A stretch of DNA of 64,000 bases from Octopus sinensis (Eukaryota): the NCBI RefSeq assembly GCF_006345805.1, contig NC_043008.1:55552001-55616000 (forward strand), given 5' to 3'. Made by a program: the position numbers and the translations under genes. Under the pieces are notes generated by a model. That model was given only the letters and a program-made list of their open reading frames with translations. It had not been told where the DNA came from and made no database searches. Shown here one piece after another: positions 51,538-64,000 of this stretch (position 1 is the first letter of the stretch; each line of letters starts with the position of its first letter).

Positions 51538-51850
51538 GTATGTATATATGTATGTATGAAATGTATGTATGTATGTATGTGCCTTTGTTTTCCTTTTTGG
51601 TCCGCATTGCACATTTTCTCTCAAGCCTACACTCAGCTTAATTGGCAGATTACTTGAAATTTGCAGTTTTCACATGGCTCTCCAATATTAATTTTTTATT
51701 GAACAATCCCGAAAAAGAATTATAATTTACACCATATAAGAAACAAATGCAAAGATTTTAAGTTAGTTTCATAAGTTCCATGCATGAAACTCTTGGCCCA
51801 TGATTCATATTTGTAATTTTCCACCAATTATAGAATATAAAAAGTATATA

Positions 51851-51896
<46 letters not shown>

Positions 51897-51965
51897 TCAT
51901 TTTCCCCTTTGTTCTATTTCCCCCCTTTATTCTAACAAACATCTCTCTCTCTCTCTCTCTACACG

Positions 51966-51997
<32 letters not shown>

Positions 51998-52154
51998 CAC
52001 ACATATATATATATACACATATATATTTATATATATATAAATGTATACATACATATATATGTATATATATGCATGAATGTGTGTAGGGTGTGTGTGTGTG
52101 TTGAAAAAAATTGTTCAATTAAAACTAAAAATTATTTAGATAAATAGTATATGA

Positions 52155-52185
<31 letters not shown>

Positions 52186-52249
52186 TGTGTGTATGTATGT
52201 ATGTATGTATGTATGTATGTATGTGTTTGTGTGTTTAATATTTTATTGA

Positions 52250-52730
52250 AATATATATGAGAATTCAATAACAAGATTAATCTTGTTTATGTGGAAAACC
52301 ATCAATGCTAGTCAAATAAAATTTTGTATGATATTAACCTATTATAAATGAATCGACCTTTCTTTGATCTGTAATTCTGGTATGTAAATTGTTTTTTATT
52401 CATACAAGCAAAGCATAAACATGTTATATTGGTGTACTCCATACTGGTAGTATTTTGCTTCAAATAATATTGCTACTAAAATTTGTTTTTGCTTTGTTTT
52501 CTTTTATGTACGGAGTACTTTTGAATATGTAGAAAACAATTTTACCTAACAACCTACTTACCTACCTATATACATAAAATGTAACTATATGTGAATCGCT
52601 GGCAATTTGTTTTCCTCCATCTCCTGTTCCTGACGCAGAGCTTTGCTCGAAATATAAAACAACCTTTCTTTCCTTCCTTGAGCGTCTGCTAATTTCATGT
52701 AACACGTCTTCACATTGTTGTCTTTTCCTT
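52250..52730. mobile_element. Penelope-like remnant: decayed GIY-YIG C-terminus (-) and hammerhead-like motif (+, 52630-52653)
   Basis: Minus strand gives YIKENK...SKIL...MLCLYE; plus strand reads CTGACGCA-GAGC-TTT-GCTC-GAAA. Confidence 0.55.
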
Positions 52731-52827
52731 GTGTTTGTTCTTCATTTATTGGGATTTATATGTGTGTGTGTGTGTATGTGCGTGCATATGCATGTATGTA
52801 TATGTGTGTGTGTATATATATATATTA

Positions 52828-53237
52828 GGCATAGGAGTGGCTGTGTGGTAAGTAGCTTGCTTACGAAACACATGGTTCCAGGTTCAGTCCCACTGCATAG
52901 TCAAGTGTCTTCTACTATAGCCTCGGGCCGAACAAAGCATTGTGAGTGGATTTGGTAGACGGAAACTGAAAGAAGCCCGTCGTATATATCTATATATATA
53001 TATATATGTATGTATGTGTGTGTGTATATGTTTGTGTGTCTGTGTTTGTCCCCTCAACATCACTTGACAACCAATGCTGGTGTGTTTATGTCCCTGTAAC
53101 TTAGCGGTTTGGCAAAAGAGACAGATAGAATAAGTACTAGGCTTACAAAGAATAAGTCCTGGGGTCGATTCGTTTGACTAAAGGCGGTGCTCCAGCATGG
53201 CCACAGTCAAATGACTGAAACAAGTAAAAGAGTAAAA
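52828..53237 (+). mobile_element. Type A SINE
   Basis: Near full length. Confidence 0.9.
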
Positions 53238-53817
53238 ATGGGTATATATATATATACACACACACATGTACATACATGCATGCATACATAATTTTATGTA
53301 TGCATATTCCAGTGTATCTGTTACATACAAAGTCTTCCTTCTATGTCAGCCTGATTGTAACCACACTATACCTCATATTAGGTACACCATATAGATTATA
53401 TACCTCCTCCTTTACTACAGATCATAAATAACCACATCCCAAAGGACAGTAAAGTCCTGTAGACTGTTTTGCAAGGGAAGCATTTGGCTTTGTTAGGTTT
53501 ACATTTAGACCTCTTGATTCTAGGCTTTGATTCCACATCTGAAATTTCTTCTCCCATTCTTCAAGAATTAGGTATACAGGAACTCCCATATGCATCTAGT
53601 TCTAAATTCTTCAGTAATAATTTGAACAGCCATAACAAACAGTATAGCACTGAGAATGGTATACTAAACAGAGCAGTAGAATGGTACACTTGATAGAGCT
53701 ACAAAATGGTAGAATGGTTGACTAGACAGAGCTATAGAATGGTAGAAGGTGCACTAGATAGAGCTATAGAAATAAAATGGTAGAACGGTACATTAGATAG
53801 AGCTACAGAATGGTTAA

Positions 53818-54038
53818 CCCTTTTGATACCAACCCGGCTGAAACCAGCTCTGGCTCTGAGTACAAATGTCTTGTTTGTATAAGTTTTGAATTAAAATCTT
53901 CCACCAAACCTTAGTCATAAATTATGTTCTTAGTACTAGCTTAATGATAACCAAGTTATTTTACTAAATTCTTTGTTATATTTAAAATTAATTGAAAGAA
54001 ACACAGAGCATCTCAAAATAGATACAGTAACAAAAGGG
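53818..54038. mobile_element. piggyBac-type MITE with TTAA TSD
   Basis: TTAA-CCCTTTTGATAC ... GTAACAAAAGGG-TTAA; removing it restores a minisatellite-like unit. Confidence 0.9.
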
Positions 54039-54057
54039 TTAAATGGTATACTAAAGA

Positions 54058-54288
54058 CGGAGAGCTGGCAGAAACATTAGCACGGAGGGCGAAATGCCTA
54101 GCAGTATTTCATCTGCCGCTACATTCTGAGTGCAAATTCCGCCGAGGTCAACTTTGCCTTTCATCCATTCGGGGTCGATTAAATAAGTACCAGTTATGCA
54201 CTGGGGTCAATATAATTCTCTTAATCCATTTGTCTGTCCTTGTTTGTCCCCTCTGTGTGTAGCCCCTTGTGGGCAGTAAAAAAATAAG
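54058..54288 (+). mobile_element. Type B SINE, full length
   Basis: Head, core and A-rich tail. Confidence 0.9.
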
Positions 54289-55049
54289 AATGGTTGACTA
54301 GACAGAGCTATAGAATGGTAGAAGGTACACTAGATAGAGCTATGGAAATAAAATGATAGAACGGTACATTAGATAGAGCTACAGAATGGTTGAATGTTAT
54401 ATTAGATAAAGCTATAAAAGCTAAGAGACAGACCTAAAATGACTGGAAGCAAGGGGGCAGCAAAAAACAAAATCAGATTGTCAAAAGAGCTATAAGCATG
54501 AGGAAACACAGTACGCATGAAGCTTGCTAATTTTCTTTGACAAGAGGATTAAGGAGTAAGGTGTTCTAGATTGCTAATCTGTGTGCCAGTGGTTATCCAT
54601 TTGACTGAAGACACAAGGCCTCAAATTCTGCAGGTGAACATTAATTGTGTAGTGACGCCATATTGGAAATCTCCAGCACACATACGCAGGGTTGGATTCT
54701 TCTGGAAGGCTGCCGGAAGTTCCTTCATGCACATGCGCAGAAAACTAGCAGCAGCGAAATTCTCTTGTATTGCTCTCTTGGACACTAGCAGCTGAACAAG
54801 ACAGACGTGTCTCCATCAGCTCTCTTGAGCTGCTACCTCATGGCACATCTCTGCTATGTTTGAACAGGCAGAATTGACTTACTCCACTTGACTACTGTGA
54901 TAAGCTCCTAGGTTGCCGATTCGCCCAGAGGAAGGAAATGTTTATATTGCGAATCAAGAAATAAATATTTATGCTGTTGAAATTAATCGGAAATCTTGAC
55001 TCTTTTTTTGATTAATATTTAATGTAAAGGATGCAAGCTGCACCCTTCC

Positions 55050-55490
55050 AGTGCGGGGACCTCTAATCCTGTTACAATTGATGACCCTGATTTACTCAAC
55101 CCCAGTGCTCAAGTGGTACTTATTTTATCTGTTTCTTTATTGCCCACAAGGGGCTAAACATAGAGGGGACAAACAAGGACAGACAAACGGATTAAGTCGA
55201 TTACATCGACTCCAGTGCGTATCTGGTACTTAATTTATCGACCCCGAAAGGATGAAAGGCAAAGTCGACCTCGGCGGAATTTGAACTCACAACACAACGA
55301 CAGACGCAATACCGCTAAGCATTTTGCCCGGCGTGCTAACGTTTCTGCCAGCTTGCTGCCTTATTTTATCGACCCTGAAACAATTAAAGGCAAAGGTGAT
55401 TTTGGCAGAATTTGAACTCAGAACGTAAAGCTGGAAGAAATGTTGTTCTGCATTTTGCCTGGTGTGCTAACACTTCTGCCAACTTAGCTT
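55050..55490 (-). mobile_element. Cluster of three type B SINE copies or fragments
   Basis: Young copy at 55123-55358 flanked by two older fragments. Confidence 0.85.
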
Positions 55491-55509
55491 CTTATGTGCC
55501 AGTGTAAAT

Positions 55510-56720
55510 CATCATCATCATCATCATCATTTAACATCCGTTTTCCATGCTAGCATGGGTTGGACGGTTCGACCGTGGTCTGGGAAGCCAGGAGGCTGCA
55601 CCAGGCTCCAGTCTGATCTGGCAGTGTTTCTACAGCTGGATGCCCTTACTAATGCCAACCACTCCGTGAGTGTAGTGGGTGCTTTTTACGTGCCACCAGC
55701 ACAGGTGCCAGGAGAGGCTGGCAGTGGCCATGTTCAGATGGTGCTTTTTACGTGCCACCAGCACAGGTATCACAACTACAATTTCCATTTGATATTTATT
55801 TTGATGTTGATGTACTTGACTCAATAGGTCTCCTCAAGCACAGCTGGTCACCCTATGATCCAAGGTAAGCACAGCAGGTCGTTCTGCAATCCAAGGTACT
55901 TTGGATGGACTGGGGCTATGCGAAACTGGTGCAGGAAATAGCCATGAACTCACATTATTTGTCGGGTCTTTACAGTCACAGCATATCTCCAGATATATAT
56001 ATATATATATTTACATACATTAAACATCCATTCTTTTTTCATGCTTGTGTGTAAGGGTGAAACGAAATTCATTGAGCTGGATTTTTTACTGTTGGCTGCC
56101 TTTCCTGTCGCCAATTTTCATGTATTTTATGCATGGTAATATTTCCTCAAGTTCTTCAAACACAAGCCACACGATTGCTTGCTGTCTTCACGGAAGACGA
56201 AATGAATGGCACCGCATATTTACAATTAGCTTGCAATGTCAAGTCACAAAACACAAAGATGTTTACACGCATACACACGTATTGAGATATGGGTTTCTTT
56301 CAGTTTTCATTTAGCAAACCTACTCACTGGGCTTTGGTCTGCTCAGAACTATAGAAGACACTTGATCAAAGTGCTGCACAGTGGGACTGAACTCAAAACC
56401 ACTTAATCACACAGTTTCTCTCTGTGGTACAGGCCTGGGTTTAAGGGTTTTTACTTTTTTTGCTGTGGGAAGCTAGTATTTGCCATATCCTCTTTACACC
56501 ATGCACTGAAGTTTATCCAAGGGAAAAACCGGCACAGAAGCCAGTCAAGGCAGCACTGGCATCGGCCACGTTCGGATGGTGCTTTTTATGTGCCACCGGC
56601 ACAGGTATCACAACTACAATTTCCATTTGATATTTATTTTGATGTTGATGTACTTAACTCAATAGGTCTCGTCAAGCACAGCAGGTCACATGCCACCAGC
56701 ACAGAAGCCAGTCAAGGCGG
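55510..56720 (-). mobile_element. Type D element containing the inverted copy of 31008-31942
   Basis: Type D tail at 55510-55594, copied segment at 55595-56529, type D internal sequence at 56530-56720. Confidence 0.85.
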
Positions 56721-57024
56721 CGAAAATATCATTTAGGAAAGTTATATATGGAATAACAGCAGGGCACATGATACCATAGATGCTGTGAGGAAAATGTATT
56801 AGAAATACTATTACGAAAAGTTTTTTTGAATGCGAAGAATGCAAAGTATGGCAGAACTTGGGTTCTTGGGGAGATGGTGTAATTCCTTAATTCTTTGGTT
56901 ATAAATGATCACGATATCTGGGACAGTAAAAATCTGCAAGAACTTCAAATCTAAAGGATGATGAACGAAATAAGATGCTTTCTTTTACAACTTTTAAAAT
57001 TAACTCAAAAAGAGTGAAAATCGT

Positions 57025-57225
57025 ACATACATACAAACATACATACATACATATGTACACACATACATATGTACACACATACATACATACAAACTTTTAT
57101 ACATACATACATACATACATACATACATACATACATACATACACATATACATACACACACATACATATATATACATACACACATACATACACGCTCATAG
57201 ATACATATATACATACATGCATGCA
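57025..57225. repeat. (ACAT)n microsatellite
   Basis: Seen directly. Confidence 0.95.
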
Positions 57226-57481
57226 TATAAACATATGTACGCCCATACAAGGGAATTTTCTTTTCTACTCTAGGCACAAGACCCGAAATTTTGGGGCAGA
57301 GTGCCAGTCGATTAGATCGACTCCAGCATCCAACTGGTACTTAATTTATCGACCCCCCCCCTCGAAAGGATGAAAGGCAAAGCCGACCTCGACGAAATTT
57401 GAAACATACAAGAGAATATTGTCACTTTAACAGCAGTGTTACATTAACAGCTTCTCATAGCATACGAGATCTAAACGGCAA

Positions 57482-57483
<2 letters not shown>

Positions 57484-57541
<58 letters not shown>

Positions 57542-57636
57542 TATATATATATATATATGTATATATGTATATATGTATATATATTATATATATATATATT
57601 ATATATATATATATATGTATATATATGTATATATAT

Positions 57637-57707
<71 letters not shown>

Positions 57708-57710
57708 TAC

Positions 57711-57761
<51 letters not shown>

Positions 57762-57780
57762 ATATATATATAGATATATA

Positions 57781-57840
<60 letters not shown>
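57484..57840. repeat. Very long interrupted (TA)n microsatellite (about 357 bp)
   Basis: Seen directly. Confidence 0.98.
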
Positions 57841-57842
<2 letters not shown>

Positions 57843-58387
57843 TCACCGCCGCCACCACCACCGCCACTACTACCAAACGTTACATAGAAAGAGACGTAAG
57901 CTCATACTCTCAATATTTACATCATTTCTACTATTTACACAGCACCAGCCAGTAAAAGAATCATTCAGTCACATCATACAGCTTGCTTCCTTTCTTCATT
58001 CAGTGCTCACTAATCAGCGATATTGTACACTATTGATTACCACCGTCCACACGACCAAACAATAATCGAACCGGCCGTATCACAGGACAGGAAACTGTTT
58101 TGCTCCGTCGAGGAAATCTACCTCAACACAAATAAAAATCGTTTGTTTTTAACATTGTTGTTGTTGTTGTTGTTTAAGGAATTTTTGTTTTTGTCCCCTT
58201 TTGTTTGCAATGTCTTCTTATCACTGTCTTTCTCTCTCTCTCCCTTTCTCTCCTTTTCTCTCCCTCATTATGTATATAACTATGTGTGTGTGTGTGTACA
58301 TATATATATATTGATAGATATATACACATATCTATACATACACCCACACACACATATATATATACATATACATACATACATATATAT

Positions 58388-58424
<37 letters not shown>

Positions 58425-59574
58425 CATATTGCCAGTAGTTCACATGTCCGGAAAAGAAACACATGATATATGAACTACATATATATATATGTATGTATGT
58501 ATGTATGTATGCATGTATGTATGTATATACACGCACACACATATCTATGTACATATATGTGTGTGTGTTTCTGTGTATACACACATACATATATATGTAT
58601 GTATATATATATATATATTTATACTAACATGTATATATATATTTATCCTAGTACATACACACATCTTCACACCCATATTTATTATTATCAGTTCTTCATT
58701 TTGTCTGTCTGTCTCTTTTCTTCTCTTTCTCATAATTTGTACTTCCCTTCTTTTTATTCTCACTCTTTCCCTCCCTCCCTCTTTTACTCTTGAGCTTCCT
58801 TTCACCCCCTCTCTCTCTCTATCCCCTTTCTGTCTTTATTCTAACATCTCTTATCCTCTATTTTACTCAAGACAGTCTTACCTGCCTACCATTGCTACCA
58901 CTTCCATCACATCCACCGCCATCACCACCACCTTTGTCCCACCACAATTCTAATTTTGAACCAATGTCACAGGCGGAGGCATAACTGTGTGGTAAGAACT
59001 TTTCTTCCCAGCCACATGGTTCTGGGTTCAATTCCACTGTGTGGTACCTCGGGCAAATCTCTTCTACTAAAGCACTGAGCTGACTAAAGACTCGTGAATA
59101 AATTTCTTAGAAGGAAAGTGAAAGAAGCCCAATGTCATTGTGGAGTTTGTGGTGTTATGGGCTGTGATGAGCTATGTGGTGTTGGTGGAGAGGATTGCAG
59201 ATGAGGTAGACAGAAGTAAAGACTGCAAGGGCTGGCGGCACAGCCACAGTCGCATGCGTGGGCATGAAGTATGTGGGGCAGTTCAACGGGAGACAGCAGC
59301 GTGCAAGGACATGTTTACTTCTTGAGAGTGATCGCTCATCCCACCTAGGTCAACAGGTAAAGTCTCTGTATTTCTTTCTCCCATTTACTTCTTTTTCTGT
59401 TGTTGTTTTTTTCCTCCATCACACCACAGTCTTCATCATCATCATCATCATCATCATCACCGTCAACATTTAATACCCGTTTTCCATGCTGGCACAGGTG
59501 CTAGTTGTGCAACGCTGGCATCAGCAAACATTACCTCTGTTGTTTATAGAATTGACCCTTACTGTTTTCTAGTT

Positions 59575-60750
<1,176 letters not shown>

Positions 60751-61676
60751 AGGTCAGTTGTTATATAAGGCTGAACTAAATTAAAACCTCTTTCAGATGT
60801 TATTTACTTCCTCTCGCGCACCTGAAACAAATTATTGATTCAGTATTCTTTTAGCTCAAACATACTTATGAAGATCTGTTCCTGCAATAATTGTATTTTT
60901 CTTACCAATTGTCTATGGCAGATTGCCAATAGCTTCTCAATACTAAGGAGAAAAAAAAATAAGAGTCTTTGGGCCAATTTTTCATTTTTACATATAAATC
61001 AGACTGTTCTTGATAGAATATATTTTGACCGGTTATGTAACTATTTCTAAAATATTATTTTGCATCAGGTGACTCCTCTTACAATATTTATGTATGCCGA
61101 GAATTAAGTTGAACTAGTTCTATTTATTTTTCATTGTGGTTTTTGTTTTTGTTTATTTTTTTTTATTTTTTTTTGGTTGCGGTTTAACGTAGAGTTAAAT
61201 TGAAATTTAATCCTCATGATACTACGACTCTTGACATATGTCATAATATATCCCTTCTTTGCCTTCTTTTTCAGCAACAAGACTGGCATCTTCTGTTTCA
61301 CTCACGAAAAGCTATTCTTCTTAAATAGCTAACTACTTGGTTTGCTCTCGCACATTTCAACTGGTTAGGCAACTCCTTAGATTTTATCAGAATGGCCCAC
61401 TTCTCAGAGTAATTCCTAGACATAAAACAATTTAGAAGAAGACCATTTAACTTGTTTAAGTTCAAAGTAAGCTTGAAACAAATACAACTGATATTTAGCA
61501 CTATGAGAAAAAAGGGTGTTTAGCAGAATTAGTAGAACATTACACAAAATGCCTTGCAGAATTGAGTTACAGCCTTAAAAGTATCCTGAGTTCAAATCCT
61601 GCCAAGGGCGACTTTGCCTTTAATTCTTGAGGGGGTTGATAAGATAAATACCAGTCAAACCCTGAGGTCAATTTAA

Positions 61677-62088
61677 CTGAAAATTTGTAGTTCTGTCTGT
61701 ACATGAGAGGGTGAAGAGGAAGAAGGTGACTTACCTCTGATTTTCAAAAAGTGGGGATTGGGGTTTCCATAGGCTCTTGGAATAGGGGCTGGACGAAGCT
61801 CTGATTGATGTGGGGCAAGTTCTATGCTTCAGTAGCTGGGACAGAACATATATGTGAATGTGTGTCTGATTTATAAGGTTCACAATCAAACAATAAGACA
61901 TTTAGAATAGGTGTGCCACACATACCTGTTCACACTGTAGTCTTCTTTTTGTCTTGAGACAGCATTCACCCGGGGTGGGTTGAGCTGGTTTCATTCATCC
62001 TCAATGCTGAAAATTTGTTGTTCTGTCTGTACATCAGAGGGTGAAGAGGAAGAAGTTGACTTACCTCTGATTTTCAAAAACGTGGGGA
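61677..62088. repeat. Pair of about 81-bp direct repeats, 330-bp period
   Basis: ctgaaaatttgt.gttctgtctgtacat.agagggtgaagaggaagaag.tgacttacctctgattttcaaaaa.gtgggga at 61677-61757 and 62007-62088. Confidence 0.9.
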
Positions 62089-62325
62089 GTAGTGCCACAG
62101 ATCAAGGTCCAAAGACATTGACGTATTAATTCTTGGTCTGTTATTGCATTTACATGAGAGTACAAACATGTGTTAACCATGGAGGCGACCCCCAATAACA
62201 TGTAGTTCATGTGGGGGCCTGCATGCAGCTCTAGTTCATGATAAAATCCATGCCCCTGTTCCTTCTATCTGGAGCTGTACCTTATTGAGGGAACATAGGA
62301 GAGGGAATAAATATAACAGAAGCAA

Positions 62326-62720
62326 TGGAGTGGCTGTGTGGTAAGTAGCTTGTTTACCAACCACATGGTTCCGGGTTCAGTCCCACTGTGTGGCACCTTG
62401 GGCAAGTGTCTTCTACTATAGCCTCGGGCCGACCAAAGCCTTGTGAGTGGATTTGTTAGACGGAAACTGAAAGAAGCCCATCGTATATATATATATGCGT
62501 GTGTGTGTTTGTGTGTCTGTGTTTGTCCCCCTAGCATTGCTTGACAACCGATGCTGGTGTGTTTATGTCCCTGTTACTTAGTGGTTCAGCAAAAGAGACC
62601 GATAGAATAAGTACTGGGCTTACAAAAGAATAAGTCCCGGGGTCGAGTTGCTCGATTAAAGGCGGTGCTCCAGCATGGCCGCAGTTAAATGACTGAAACA
62701 AGTAAAAGAGTAAAAGAGAG
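62326..62720 (+). mobile_element. Type A SINE, young
   Basis: Full length. Confidence 0.9.
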
Positions 62721-62734
62721 AGTAATGTGGCCGA

Positions 62735-63078
62735 TATTGGTGTCACATAAGTAGCACCCACTTCGGTGGCATGTAAAAAGCACCTTTTGAGTGTTGGGCC
62801 TCACAGAAGCAATGATAAGTGACCAAGACCTTCGGCAATATGCCATGCTTGAGTAAAAGACCCATCAAGCTGAGTGAAATTGTAGACGTGACAAATACTG
62901 GTGTCACGCTAATGGCACCTGTGCCAGTGGCATATAAAAGAACCCTTTACACTCTTGGAGTGATTGGCATTAGGAAGAGCATCCAGCCATAGGAACCATG
63001 CCAAATCAGACTGGAGTCAAGCCACCCAACCCATACCAGCATGGACAATGGATATAAAATTTTGATGATGATGATGAC
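62735..63078 (+). mobile_element. Type D SINE-like element
   Basis: gtggcatgtaaaaagcacc...attaggaagagcatccagc...gatgatgatgatg. Confidence 0.75.
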
Positions 63079-63199
63079 GGTGGTGTGGAGTAGAAGGCCT
63101 AATTGTTACATGTGTCATGGCAAAGTAAAGGTTACTTGAGAACCGTCTGTCCAGAAGAAGAGGGAAAAGAATAGAGTAACACACAACAGCAACAGAAGT

Positions 63200-63640
63200 G
63201 GAGGCACAATGGCCCAATGGTTAGGGCAGCGGACTCGTGGTTGGAGGATTGCAGTTTCAATTCCCAGACTGGGCGTTGTGTGTGTTTATTAAGTGAAAAC
63301 ACCTAAAGCTCCACCAAGGCTCCGGCAGGGGGTGGTGGCGACCCTTGTTGTACTCTTTTGCTCCAACTTTCTCTCACATTTTCTTCCTGTTTCTTGTCCC
63401 CGACTTCCTACGCAACTGCTGAGCCTGGATGCGCATTCATCCATCCGTCGATGCTCTCGGTGTCGGGGGTTGACCTGCTTTCTCTTCTGCGGGTTTTACG
63501 AATAGCAAAGGACCGCGTTTCGGACTTCTCCCATCTTGCGAGCTCTGGGACGAAGACCGTTCGCTCAACAGCAACAGCAGCATCAACAGCAGCAGCAACA
63601 GAAGGAACTCCATAGTTGAAGACTATGCTTTGTTTCTAGA
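63200..63640 (+). mobile_element. Type C SINE, third body variant
   Basis: Same tRNA-like head, followed by a distinct CpG-rich 3' body (gagcctggatgcgcattcatccatccgtcg...gaagaccgttcgctcaac). Confidence 0.8.
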
Positions 63641-64000
63641 GAACCATTTCTGTGACTCAGAATGGAAGAAAATTAATGGACTCATCTTTATTGTTGGTAG
63701 CACCAAGGGCCACCAATAACAGAAAATTCAGAATCATTCTCATTTTGTACTGGAATAGCCATTGGCTACAAATGTCAGGATGTTCCCCACCATCTCAAAC
63801 TGATGGTGGTGGGCAGACAGAAACTGGAGAATGATGGGAAACTGTTGGAGAGTCAAAAGAAAAGAAAGAGGGTCCCCACCCACAAAATATGTGTTTGTGT
63901 GTGTGTATATGCATAACTTACTCAAGATACCATGCAGTGGAACTGAACCCAAAGCTATCTAGTTGCAAAATAAACTTCTTTACCACTCAGCCATGCCTGT

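Larger units (their letters stand above)
53645..54420. repeat. About 31-bp minisatellite interrupted by a MITE and a SINE
   Basis: Unit tagatagagctatagaatggtagaa(t/c)ggtacac at 53645-53815 and 54287-54420. Confidence 0.85.

Noticed and set aside
50319-58953. Many ORFs rich in YIYI/VCVC/THTH (also at 19103-19448, 40559-40992 and 60188-60468)
   Set aside because: Read-through of (TA)n/(CA)n/(ACAT)n microsatellites, not proteins

Overview
AT-rich, repeat-dominated eukaryotic genomic DNA. The SINE families, microsatellite load and composition strongly suggest an octopus or other coleoid cephalopod; this rests on family recognition, not a database search. Most of the window is intronic or intergenic. 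It holds dozens of copies of four SINE-like families (labelled A-D here; A-C have tRNA-like A/B boxes), an RTE LINE 3' fragment split by a SINE, Penelope-like RT and GIY-YIG remnants, a non-autonomous Helitron, a Tc1/mariner end, piggyBac-type MITEs and long (TA)n/(CA)n/(GTA)n tracts. No protein-coding gene could be named. The listed ORFs are almost all microsatellite or repeat read-through, and only a few low-confidence exon candidates remain. The best of these is a minus-strand signal-peptide exon plus a second exon at about 25 kb. The most notable observations are: (1) a pre-miRNA-like hairpin at 40576-40653 with basal UG and CNNC motifs at canonical spacing, inside a CpG-rich block (about 34-44 kb) that has two promoter-like sites; (2) two unrelated MITEs with GGGG termini and the same 8-bp ATTATAAY target duplication; (3) a satellite built from a SINE 3' half; (4) several local templated copy events that start or end inside SINEs; (5) two long fold-back inverted repeats. 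No CRISPR array, rRNA gene or intact tRNA gene was seen.
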